From: Actinomycetota bacterium
GTDB taxonomy: Bacteria; Actinomycetota; Geothermincolia; Geothermincolales; RBG-13-55-18
Reading direction: 5' to 3'
NCBI GenBank assembly: GCA_014360655.1
Contig: JACIXC010000001.1
Span: forward strand, 228,715-292,714
Length of the DNA: 64,000 nucleotides
Below the pieces are notes generated by a model. It saw nothing but the letters and a program-made list of their open reading frames with translations, was not told the DNA's origin and ran no database searches. The translations under genes and the position numbers were made by a program. This document shows positions 45,983-54,332 of the stretch, piece by piece (the stretch's first letter is position 1; the number at the start of each line of letters is the position of its first letter).

Positions 45983-46366
45983 CTACCCACCGGCGGGGCT
46001 TCGGCGCTCCGCCAGCGCGTATCCCAGCTTGAGCCACAGGGGATAGGTGGCGAAGATGGCCGCCGCCAGGGCATGGCCGCGGGGCGAGACGTTCTCGTGG
46101 TCGAACCTGAAGACGCCGGAGTTGATCATCCAGTCCCGCCCGGACTCCGCCCGGCACATCTCCCAGATCCACCGTGTCCACTCCCGGTTGAAGTAGAGGC
46201 TGATGCTGGTGACGTAGAAGGCGCCGAGGGTGGCGATGTCCAGGCATTTCCTCGCTTTTTCCCTCTTCTCCTCGTCCTTCACCAGCCTGCCGGTGAGCCT
46301 GGCGTAGAGCCAGCCGATGGACACCAGCCAGGGAGGGTCGATGAGAAAGCTGTCGTAGGGGATCAT
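45983..46366 (-). CDS. Hypothetical membrane protein
   Basis: 127 aa starting MIPYDSFLIDPPWL. Strong SD GGAAAGGAGG, host-like codon usage, and segments SISLYFN, SGRDWMINSGVF and FATYPLWLKLG. Confidence 0.75.
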   Translation of the reverse strand: MIPYDSFLIDPPWLVSIGWLYARLTGRLVKDEEKREKARKCLDIATLGAFYVTSISLYFNREWTRWIWEMCRAESGRDWMINSGVFRFDHENVSPRGHALAAAIFATYPLWLKLGYALAERRSPAGG

Positions 46367-46612
46367 GGGGCCTCCTTTCCTCCGCATGCCACAAGACGAT
46401 TATATACGAGATGTACGAGCGGCGCCGTCTTCCCCTTCACAACGGGGCCGTGGCCGCTCCCGCTACACCCCCTCCAGCCGCACCATGCCCCTCTCCCGCT
46501 CCGTGCCTCCGGCACGGGACGAGTACCCGAGAGGCGGGAACCGCCCCCTTGCGGGTCCTCGCCCGCCCGGCACCGGCGCTCATGGAATTTCCCCGCGGAG
46601 TCGAGCAATAAT

Positions 46613-46642
46613 ATTGCGGTGACACCAATTGCGGTGACACCA
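46613..46642. repeat. Perfect 15-bp tandem duplication ATTGCGGTGACACCA
   Basis: Two adjacent identical copies in the divergent region, about 110 nt upstream of the ABC permease. Confidence 0.85.
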
Positions 46643-46750
46643 TGCGATGGCATCATCGCATGTCCACGGGACGGAAGCCGAGGGGACGCACGGCCCCGTG
46701 ACGGGCGAAGAGGGCGGGGCGGGCTCCGCGGGTGAGGTAGAGGTGACGGG

Positions 46751-49117
46751 ATGAGGCTACTGCGCAGGAAACTTGTACGGGAGCTCAGGCAGGCGAAGTT
46801 CCGCTTCCTCGCCGTCTCCTCGGTGGTGGCCATCGGCATCATCCTCTTCACCGCCTCCTACATGTCCTACCTCAACCTCTCCAAGTCATACCAGCGCACC
46901 TACGAGGAGCTGCACTTCGAGGACCTGCTGGTGCGGGTGGAGAAGGCGCCGGAGAGGGCGGTGGAGCGGCTCCTCGCCCTGCCCAACATCGCCATGCTCA
47001 CCCCGCGCATAAGCGACCCCCTGGGCATGGAGCTCGCCGACGGGACCCGCATCACCGGGCAGGTCATAAGCGTGCCGACGGAGGAACCCTACGTCAACAC
47101 GCTGTTCATGCTGGAGGGGAGGAAGCTCGCCGCACGCGAGCAGGAGCTCACCTGCCTGGTGGAGAGCCACTTCGCCGAGTTCAACCGCCTCGGCGAGGGA
47201 GACGTCATCTACGCGGTAAAGGGTGGCAGCAGGCTGCCGGTGAGGATCGCGGGGGTGGTCTCCAGCCCGGAGTACATGGTGGTCTTCCGCAGCCGCCAGT
47301 TCCCCATGACCTCGGCTTCCGTCTACGGCGTGTTCTACATGAACCAGGACCAGGCCCGCTATCTCCTGGGTTATTCTTCCAGTTCCTATAACGAGTTCGC
47401 CTTCCTCCTCAAGGACTACTCGCTGCTGGAGACCACGCAGGCCCAGGTCAGGGAAGTCCTCGCCCCCTTCACCATCCTGGAGGTGACCACGCGCGACAAC
47501 CAGATCTCGCGCAGCCTCATGGAGATGGAGGTGCAGCAGTTCCACGACTTCGCCCTCTTCTTCCCCATCCTCTTCTTCACCATCGCCGCCTTCAGCATCT
47601 ACATGATCCTCTCGCGCATGGTGCGCATGCAGAGGTCCATCATCGGCCTCATGCGGGCCCTGGGGTACCCGGCCCGCTCCATCCTGCGGCATTACCTCTC
47701 CTTCGCCTTCATCGTGGGGGCATTCGGGATAATCGTGGGCAGCCTGCTGGGGGTGGCCGCCACGGCGCTGGTGTCCAAGATCTACGCGGACACCATCGGC
47801 ATCCCCTTCGTCCACTTCGGGGTCTACCCGCAGGTCTTCGTCTACGGGACTTTCCTCGCCATGGGTTTCTGCGGCCTGGCGGGATTGATACCCGCCCGCC
47901 AGTCCGCCTCCGTGCAGCCCACGGAGGCCCTGCGCGGGGTGGTGGACGTGGCGCACTACGGCAAGCGCTCCCTGGCGGAAAGGGTGCTGCCGTCCCTCTC
48001 CCGCCTGCGCGTCTTCTGGAGGCTGCCGCTGCGCAACGTCTTCCGCAACCGCAGGCGCACCGCCTTCACCGTGGTGGGCATCGTCTTCGCCGTCATCCTG
48101 GTCATGATGAACCTGGGGATCAACGATACCGTGCACGCCACCATGGACATGGCCTTCAACCGCCTCTTCACCTTCGAGATCGCCGCGCTCTTCCTGGAAC
48201 CCCAGACCAGGGTGACGGAGAGGAAACTGGAAAACATTCCCGGAATAACGCAGGTGGAACCCACGGTAGGATACCCCTGCACCATAAGCAACGGCGGGAA
48301 CGAGGTGGAGAGCGTCGTCATGGGCGTGCTTCCCGACACGGTGATGCGCGGTTTCCTCGACGAGAGGAACAGGAAGGTCCTCATCACCCCCAACCACTGC
48401 CTGCTGAGCCGCAACTACCGGGAGCAGCTGGGCGTGGAGGTCGGCGACGCGGTGACCGTCACCTCGGGGAGGCGCAAACGCGACTTCATAGTATCCCAGT
48501 TCATCATGGAGCCCATGGGATCCTTCATCTACGCCCCCGTGGACGAGGTGCGTGACCTGCTGGGTTACGGGATGCGCTCCTCCGCCTTCTACCTGAAGAT
48601 CGATCCCGGCTACTACCGGGAAGTGCGGGACACCCTCAACTCCATGCCCGGCGTGCTCGCCCTGGTGGACCTGGAGCAGATACAGGCGGAGATCAACTCG
48701 TACATGGCGCTCATGTACATCCTCATCACGGTGATGCTCATCTTCGGGCTGACCATGGCGTTCACCCTGGTCTTCAACACCTCCACCATCAACATCATGG
48801 AGCGGGAACAGGAGGTGGCCACCATGCTCACCCTGGGGGTGCCGCACTGGAAGGCCTCCCTGTCGCTCACCCTGGAGAACGCCATCATGGGCCTGCTGGG
48901 GCTCCTGCCGGGGTATGTCGCGGCGCGTTTCGTCATGCAACAGGCCATGCGCCTCTACGAGAGCGACCTCTTCTCCTTCACCCCCGTGATATCGCCCTGG
49001 ACCTACCTGGTGACCGCCGTGCTCGTCCTGGGGCTCATGGTGCTCTCGGAGTTCCCCTCCCTGCGCTACATACGGGGACTCGACCTGGCGCAGTCCACCA
49101 AGAGGCGTTCTCTATAG
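46751..49117 (+). CDS. ABC transporter permease, FtsX/MacB type (duplicated)
   Basis: IAGVVSSPEY, QRSIIGLMRALGY, RNVFRNRRRT and EREQEVATMLTLG. Two FtsX-like halves. Confidence 0.92.
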   Translation: MRLLRRKLVRELRQAKFRFLAVSSVVAIGIILFTASYMSYLNLSKSYQRTYEELHFEDLLVRVEKAPERAVERLLALPNIAMLTPRISDPLGMELADGTRITGQVISVPTEEPYVNTLFMLEGRKLAAREQELTCLVESHFAEFNRLGEGDVIYAVKGGSRLPVRIAGVVSSPEYMVVFRSRQFPMTSASVYGVFYMNQDQARYLLGYSSSSYNEFAFLLKDYSLLETTQAQVREVLAPFTILEVTTRDNQISRSLMEMEVQQFHDFALFFPILFFTIAAFSIYMILSRMVRMQRSIIGLMRALGYPARSILRHYLSFAFIVGAFGIIVGSLLGVAATALVSKIYADTIGIPFVHFGVYPQVFVYGTFLAMGFCGLAGLIPARQSASVQPTEALRGVVDVAHYGKRSLAERVLPSLSRLRVFWRLPLRNVFRNRRRTAFTVVGIVFAVILVMMNLGINDTVHATMDMAFNRLFTFEIAALFLEPQTRVTERKLENIPGITQVEPTVGYPCTISNGGNEVESVVMGVLPDTVMRGFLDERNRKVLITPNHCLLSRNYREQLGVEVGDAVTVTSGRRKRDFIVSQFIMEPMGSFIYAPVDEVRDLLGYGMRSSAFYLKIDPGYYREVRDTLNSMPGVLALVDLEQIQAEINSYMALMYILITVMLIFGLTMAFTLVFNTSTINIMEREQEVATMLTLGVPHWKASLSLTLENAIMGLLGLLPGYVAARFVMQQAMRLYESDLFSFTPVISPWTYLVTAVLVLGLMVLSEFPSLRYIRGLDLAQSTKRRSL

Positions 49118-49281
49118 GGCGGTTCACCCTCCCGGCCGAGCCATTGCGCCGGGCAGCGCTGACGGAAGCGGGTGGTCAAGGTCATGGGAAACAGCAGTCG
49201 TGATGGGCTTTGCCCCGTGCTCGCCCTTCGGGAGGGACGGGATCGGTGAAACCGGCGCGCATGCGAAAAGCCGCTGAACCG

Positions 49282-49668
49282 TCACTCCTCCTCGTCACAT
49301 TCCTGGAGGTAGCACTCCGTGCAGTAGACGAAACCGGCGTGCAGCCCTTCCGTAACCCCCACGAAAAGCCATTCCTGGGCCTCGAAACAGTGGCCGCAGC
49401 GCGTGCAGAGCGAGCCCGCCCTGATCTCTATACCCAGGGTACGCTCCTCCACCCCCGGCTCCTCGACGGCCAGCGCGGGCTGCAGGCTCAACACGCCCCT
49501 GGGGATCTCGTCGTCGGCAGGGCGGCATCCCGTGCAGTAGAGGTATTCCCCTACCTCGTCCACCTCGGCGGCCAGGGAATAGACCTTCTCCCCGGCACGC
49601 AGCCTTCTGCCGCATCCCTCGCAGACGCCGCCGCCGCTCACCAACCTGCCGCTGATGAATTCCCTCAT
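49282..49668 (-). CDS. Hypothetical Cys-rich protein with four CxxC motifs (duplicated zinc finger)
   Basis: CEGC...YCTGC and CTRC...YCTEC form two similar units. SD-like GGGGAG upstream. Confidence 0.72.
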   Translation of the reverse strand: MREFISGRLVSGGGVCEGCGRRLRAGEKVYSLAAEVDEVGEYLYCTGCRPADDEIPRGVLSLQPALAVEEPGVEERTLGIEIRAGSLCTRCGHCFEAQEWLFVGVTEGLHAGFVYCTECYLQECDEEE

Positions 49669-49688
49669 GCGCACTCTCCCCGCCCGGG

Positions 49689-49720
49689 AAGGCACCTTAA
49701 AGGCACTTTAAAGGCACCTG
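49689..49720. promoter_or_regulatory. Three 11-bp-phased direct repeats of AAGGCAC(C/T)T
   Basis: aaggcacctta / aaggcacttta / aaggcacctg, between divergent genes. Confidence 0.6.
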
Positions 49721-49795
49721 GGACCATTTTACCGCGCGGGGGAGAGGATGTCGTCACCTGCGGGTGTTATAAAGGATTTGAAAGGGGGCGATATC

Positions 49796-50878
49796 TTGCC
49801 CAGGACCGGCATTGCCCATCTTCCCCTGCACGGTGGGAAGGCGCCGCGCTGGCTCTTCGAGCGCATGGTCCGCCTCTCGGGGGAGATACTCTCCTGGATA
49901 GTGGAGGAGAACGGGCCGCGCGCCGCCCTGGAACGCTTCTCCGATCCCCACTGGTTCCAGGCCCTGGGGTGCGTGCTCGGCTTCGACTGGCACAGCTCGG
50001 GCGTGACCACCACCACCTGCGGTGCCGTGAAGGAGGCGCTGCGGCACCGTGACTACCTGGGCCTCTTCGCCGCCGGGGGCAAGGGCGCCGCTTCGCGGCG
50101 CACTCCCAGCGAGATAGAGGAAAGGGGGGAGCGAGCCGGCCTGGGTGAGGCCATCCCCTCCCTGGTGCACGCCAGCCGCATGTCGGCCAAGGTGGACAGC
50201 AACGCATTGCAGGACGGCTACCAGATCTACCACCACTTCTTCCTCTTCACCCGCGAGGGGGACTGGGCCGTGGTGCAGCAGGGCATGAACGAGGCGAACG
50301 GTTACGCCCGCCGCTACCACTGGCTGTCCTTCGCGGTGAGGGATTTCACCGAGGAACCGCACAGCGCCATATGCTCCCAGGGCCTGGGGGGCGCCGCCCT
50401 CAACCTGGTGGCGGCCGAGAGCCGGGAGACTCGCCAGGCCCTGGGCGAGCTCTCCTCCCGCAAGCCCGATAGAACCGTCGCGGAACTGGAGCGCCTGCGC
50501 AACCTGCGCCTTCCCGCCCGCCACCAGGTCCTCCTGCGCGACCTGCACCCGGATCACATCCGCAGGGTGCTCCTCAGAACCTACGAGCGCCAGCCCGAGG
50601 ACTTCGCCACCCTGCTGGGCATGCCCGGCGTGGGCGCGAAGACCCTGCGCGCACTGGCCCTCATCTCCGAACTCGTCTACGGCACCTCGCTGAGCTGGCG
50701 GGATCCGGCCCGCTTCAGCTTCGCCCACGGGGGCAAGGACGGCCACCCCAACCCCGTGGACCGGGAGACCTACGACGCTACCATCGCCTTCCTGGAACGG
50801 GCGCTGCGCGCCTCCCGCGTGGAGGGGCGGGAGAAGGACGCGGCCCTGCGCCGCCTGCACCGCTTCTACCGGTCCTAG
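49796..50878 (+). CDS. DUF763 domain-containing protein
   Basis: ALPLHGGKAPRWL-type N-terminus, GFDWHSSGVTT, SRMSAKVDSNALQDGY, ARRYHW and FSFAHGGKDGHP. Confidence 0.93.
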   Translation: MPRTGIAHLPLHGGKAPRWLFERMVRLSGEILSWIVEENGPRAALERFSDPHWFQALGCVLGFDWHSSGVTTTTCGAVKEALRHRDYLGLFAAGGKGAASRRTPSEIEERGERAGLGEAIPSLVHASRMSAKVDSNALQDGYQIYHHFFLFTREGDWAVVQQGMNEANGYARRYHWLSFAVRDFTEEPHSAICSQGLGGAALNLVAAESRETRQALGELSSRKPDRTVAELERLRNLRLPARHQVLLRDLHPDHIRRVLLRTYERQPEDFATLLGMPGVGAKTLRALALISELVYGTSLSWRDPARFSFAHGGKDGHPNPVDRETYDATIAFLERALRASRVEGREKDAALRRLHRFYRS

Positions 50879-50922
50879 GGCGTCCGCCTCTCGGCTTGTC
50901 GCTTTCCCGGTCGTTCGCTTTC

Positions 50923-50978
50923 CGTGATGTTCGTTTTACGTGAAGTTCGTTTTGCGTGATGTTCGTTTTGCGTGATGT
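50923..50978. repeat. 3.5 tandem copies of a 16-bp unit CGTGA(T/A)GTTCGTTTT(A/G)
   Basis: Units start at 50923, 50939, 50955 and 50971 (partial), with degenerate GTTCGCTT copies on both flanks. Confidence 0.85.
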
Positions 50979-51134
50979 CTGCCCCGTGCGAGGTTCGCTT
51001 CGCCGGGAGGTCGTTTCTTTTGCGATTTTCGCGATCCGCTCCGCCGGGAGCTCTCTTTCGTGGGAGGCTCTCTTCCCCGGCTAAACCTCCGGCACGTGCA
51101 ATCCCCGGGATGTGGATGGGAACCGGACACGGTC

Positions 51135-51163
51135 TTTGGCCTCGTCGCGGGTTATTGTATAAT
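51135..51163 (+). promoter_or_regulatory. Sigma70-type promoter for bS22
   Basis: Perfect TATAAT at 51158-51163, with TTGGCC or TTTGGC 16-17 bp upstream. Confidence 0.55.
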
Positions 51164-51206
51164 GAATGCGGTCATGTAAGCAGAGCGAGCTAAGAGGTGG
51201 TCGTCT

Positions 51207-51302
51207 GTGAGTTCGGTGGTGAAGAAGCGCCGCAAGAAGATGCGCAAGAAGAAGCACAAGAAACTCCTGAAGCGAACCCGCTGGCAGAGGCGGAACAAGT
51301 AG
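51207..51302 (+). CDS. 30S ribosomal protein bS22 (AURKAIP1/COX24 domain), not in the ORF track
   Basis: MSSVVKKRRKKMRKKKHKKLLKRTRWQRRNK matches the actinobacterial bS22 pattern. SD GAGGTG. Confidence 0.93.
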   Translation: MSSVVKKRRKKMRKKKHKKLLKRTRWQRRNK

Positions 51303-51952
51303 TAAAACGCCTCGCGCTGATGGAGGGGCGGCGCCTGCACGGCCGGCGCACACGCAGACGCTTCCTGCGGGATGGCAAGCGTATCGATGTCCGCATGGAG
51401 CTTGTCAATCTCTTCCTCCCGAAAACGATCCAGTTGCAGGTGAGAGCTCCGGCACCTTCGCTCCCGCATTGACGGAGCCATGCGACCCGTTAAACCCGCA
51501 TCTTTTGCATGCCGGTATTTCCCGATCGATGGAAGAAAATTACCGCGGGATGGCGGAAAGGTACAGCCTTCCCCGCAGGCGTCCTTTTCAACCTCGCTCT
51601 CGCCCGGGAAACAGGATGCGTCGCCATCGGCGAGTTTCCCGTGCTGGGTGCCATGTCCATGACCGGCATCGCGTATCCGGCCATCCAACACCGACGATAC
51701 CCGCACCTCGCAGAGGAACCCCTTCTTGTGATCCCTCCGGGCGGCGATCACCGCGCCCCGGGGGCACATGTCTTTCCCCCCTCCCCGAGAATCTCCTGGC
51801 TCTTTTCCCGCCTGTAACCGGTTCCGGCACCGCGGCAATGTCCTGGTCCCCGCGACAAGCGACACGATCCTTCATGCGCAGCAGGATTTCTGGGATAATG
51901 TTGCCTGGTGTCGCACATGAAGGATAAGGTCACGGGTCAAGCGGAGTCGCGC

Positions 51953-53563
51953 ATGAAGAAACCGGGAATGCGGTTCATGGCAGCCCTCCTGGCCGCGCTC
52001 GCCCTGGCGGCGGCAGCCCCCCCTGTCCCGGGAAGAGCGGCGCAAGCGCCCTCGCTTCTCTTCCGCGTCGACCTTTCGGAAGGCGCGGTGGACTCGCTTT
52101 CGGTGACCCTCGAATTGGAAGGAGAATCCGGCGTGGCGGTGCTGCGCATGGAGGATTCCTACGGCGAGGGGCTGGCGGCCGACCTGTCCTCGCACGTCTG
52201 CGAGGAGAGGGCAACGGACGCTTCGGGGCGGGAGCTGCCCATACGCAGGGAGGGCAATACCTGGTACATGGAGCATGACGGCAAGGCCTCCTTCAGCTAC
52301 CGGGTGAGACTCTCCGGGTACGAGGCGGGCACCACATACATCTCGTCCCTGGCCGCGAGCGGCGCGCGCTGGCCCTACTTCCCCTTCCTGGAGGGCGACC
52401 TGGCCTACCTTCCCGGTTACGCCGTCTTCGTGCGGCCCGACCTCCCGCCGCAGACGCCGGTCGACCTGGAGGTGCTCCTCCCCGAGGGCTGGACGACGGC
52501 CGTCCCGCGCCGGGAGGGCCCGCACGAACTCGGGGAACTCCTCTCCGATCCCCTCCTCGCCGGGGAGATCACCGTGCTGGAGCGGGAAGGCCTCGTGCTG
52601 GCCCTTCCCTCCGCCTCCTCTCCCGCCGCGGGGACGCTCGAGGAATTCGCGGACAAGGTTGCCTCCGCCCTGGACCGCTTGCGGAGCGTGCTCGCGTCCG
52701 GCGGGGAGGCGTCCGGGGAAGCATCGCGGGACGGGGTGGTCCTTGTCGCGCTCCTGCGCGGCGAGGGCGACCGCGTGGAGGACGTGTTCTTCCTGCCGGA
52801 ACCCTTCAGCCACACCGCGGTGCTGGCGGCCCCCGCGGGCGTGGACATCCTCTCCGACGCCTGCCTGGAGGCCTCCGTGCGCGAGGCGGCCTCGCTCCTC
52901 CTGCGGCGCTCGCTATTACTGCAACCCGAGGCGAGGTGGTTGCTCGAGGGCGCCGCCTGGTACCTCCAGGGCCTGCTGCCCTACCGGGCGGGGACGTGGG
53001 GCGGCGCGCTCTTCTGGGACCGCTTCAGCCGGCGCTACCAGCTTTACCGGGAGGCCGCGGAGCGGAAGCCCGTTTCCCTCGCACAAGCCGGCTTCGAGGC
53101 CAACGCCGACGGGGATGCGGCCGCCGTCCTCATCTGCGGCGGCGCCGCTGCCTGCGCGGCGCTGGACGCCGAGCTCCACGCCCTGCAGCCGCAGGAACTC
53201 GATCTCGTATCGTTCCTCGCCCGCCTCGCCGAAATGGGCGGGGAGGAAGGCGGGCTGGGGAACGCGGACATCCGCTCGCTCCTCGAGACCCTGAGCGGGC
53301 GGGACTGGTCCTCGTTCTTCCGGGGCCACATCGAGGGAACGCGGGTGATCCCCGCCTCCGCCTTCTCCTCCCTGCGCGTCGCCGCAGAGGAGACACCGTC
53401 GCTCCCCACCCGGGGCAGCGGGGAATCCACCTCCGTCCCCGAGTGGATACTCCTGGCCGTCGCCGTGGCCCTGGTCCTGCTCATCCCCTTCCTCATGGAG
53501 CCCTACACCATGCGCCCGCGCAAGCCCGGCTTCCTGGAAAAGAAGCTGCGCGAGGAGGATTAG
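51953..53563 (+). CDS. Secreted, C-terminally anchored M61/M1 metallopeptidase-like protein with a degenerate active site
   Basis: Signal peptide, M61-like N-domain (FSYRV, LAYLPGYAVFVRP, LPEGW), WLLEGAAWY, GAAACAALD, FFRGHIEG and a C-terminal TM. No HEXXH motif. Confidence 0.72.
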   Translation: MKKPGMRFMAALLAALALAAAAPPVPGRAAQAPSLLFRVDLSEGAVDSLSVTLELEGESGVAVLRMEDSYGEGLAADLSSHVCEERATDASGRELPIRREGNTWYMEHDGKASFSYRVRLSGYEAGTTYISSLAASGARWPYFPFLEGDLAYLPGYAVFVRPDLPPQTPVDLEVLLPEGWTTAVPRREGPHELGELLSDPLLAGEITVLEREGLVLALPSASSPAAGTLEEFADKVASALDRLRSVLASGGEASGEASRDGVVLVALLRGEGDRVEDVFFLPEPFSHTAVLAAPAGVDILSDACLEASVREAASLLLRRSLLLQPEARWLLEGAAWYLQGLLPYRAGTWGGALFWDRFSRRYQLYREAAERKPVSLAQAGFEANADGDAAAVLICGGAAACAALDAELHALQPQELDLVSFLARLAEMGGEEGGLGNADIRSLLETLSGRDWSSFFRGHIEGTRVIPASAFSSLRVAAEETPSLPTRGSGESTSVPEWILLAVAVALVLLIPFLMEPYTMRPRKPGFLEKKLREED

Positions 53564-53806
53564 GCGTTTCTCCTGGCCGTCGCCGTGGCCCTGGTCCTGC
53601 TCATCCCCTTCCTCATGGAGCCCTACACCATGCGCCCGCGTAAGCCCGGCTTCCTCGAGAAGAAGCTGCGCGAGGAGGATCAGGCGTTTCTCCTGGCCGT
53701 CGCCGTGGTCCTGGTCCTGCTCATCCCCTTCCTCATGGAGCCCTACACCATGCGCTCGCGCAAGCCCGGCTTCCTGGAGAAGAAGCTGCGCGAGGAGGAT
53801 CAGGCG
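53450..53806 (+). repeat. Three tandem 120-bp copies of the 3' end of the M61-like gene
   Basis: Copies start at 53450, 53570 and 53690. The stop TAG (53561) is CAG in copies 2 and 3 (53681, 53801), with a few further SNPs. Confidence 0.95.
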
Positions 53807-53905
53807 GGGCAGGCCCCGAAGGTTGTGTCCAGGAGGGTGCCGCGAGGGCTTTTCCTACCGGGTGCGGCGGTCCCTGACCGGGGTGGTTCCGTGAACTGAA
53901 TTCTC

Positions 53906-53934
53906 TTGACTGTATGGTTACCTTGTGGTATCTT
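53906..53934 (+). promoter_or_regulatory. Sigma70-type promoter TTGACT-N17-TATCTT with extended TG
   Basis: Canonical spacing, about 400 nt upstream of the surface-protein gene. Confidence 0.6.
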
Positions 53935-54332
53935 CTTTACGAGGGAATTGCGAGGTGAGCGGGCATAATGTCGACAAAAAGTGTGGCGGCGATAATGGGA
54001 GTTTTTTACAAACGTTTACGCGTTAATTGATCCGACCGCCGTGGGCGGTTGGACTTTTCATATCGGGCGCAGAGCGACAAAAAAAGGAGGCCAAGCGGGC
54101 GGACTTCACGAAAAGGGCGGAAGAGGGGCGAAAAGAGCTCGGCGTTTTCCTCCAGGGGAATCCAAGGGGAAGTCTTCAGGGCTCACTCGGCGTAGACATC
54201 GAGGCAGACCTCTCGGCATGAAAGCACTTTGCCATCGTCCATTCCTCTTTCCTCGCGAAGTCCTTCCACCGGCCGCAGAGGCGCACCCGGCCCGCGCGGC
54301 CGGAATAAAGAGGTTGAAGGAGGTTGCGGCGG

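Noticed and set aside
50923..50978. LexA/SOS boxes
   Set aside because: GTTC recurs as a direct repeat at 16-bp period, which fits neither GAAC-N4-GTTC nor GTTC-N7-GTTC.
51152..51865. 237-aa minus-strand ORF, and the 91-aa plus-strand ORF at 51197-51472
   Set aside because: Both overlap the well-supported bS22 gene and lack motifs. A helix resembling IS110 transposases (EEEIDKLHADIDTLA) is too short to support a call.
53561..53563. Pyrrolysine recoding of the TAG
   Set aside because: No pyl genes in the window, TAG is an ordinary stop for many genes here, and the protein is not a known Pyl-containing family.
53450..53806. Diversity-generating retroelement TR/VR pair or prophage att duplication
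   Set aside because: Differences are not adenine-specific, there is no reverse transcriptase or integrase, and the copies are directly adjacent with no cargo between them.
54110..54250. Glycine or c-di-AMP riboswitch
   Set aside because: Only scattered short similarities (GGGGAATC, TCTTCAGG). The conserved cores could not be assembled by eye; an Infernal scan is needed.
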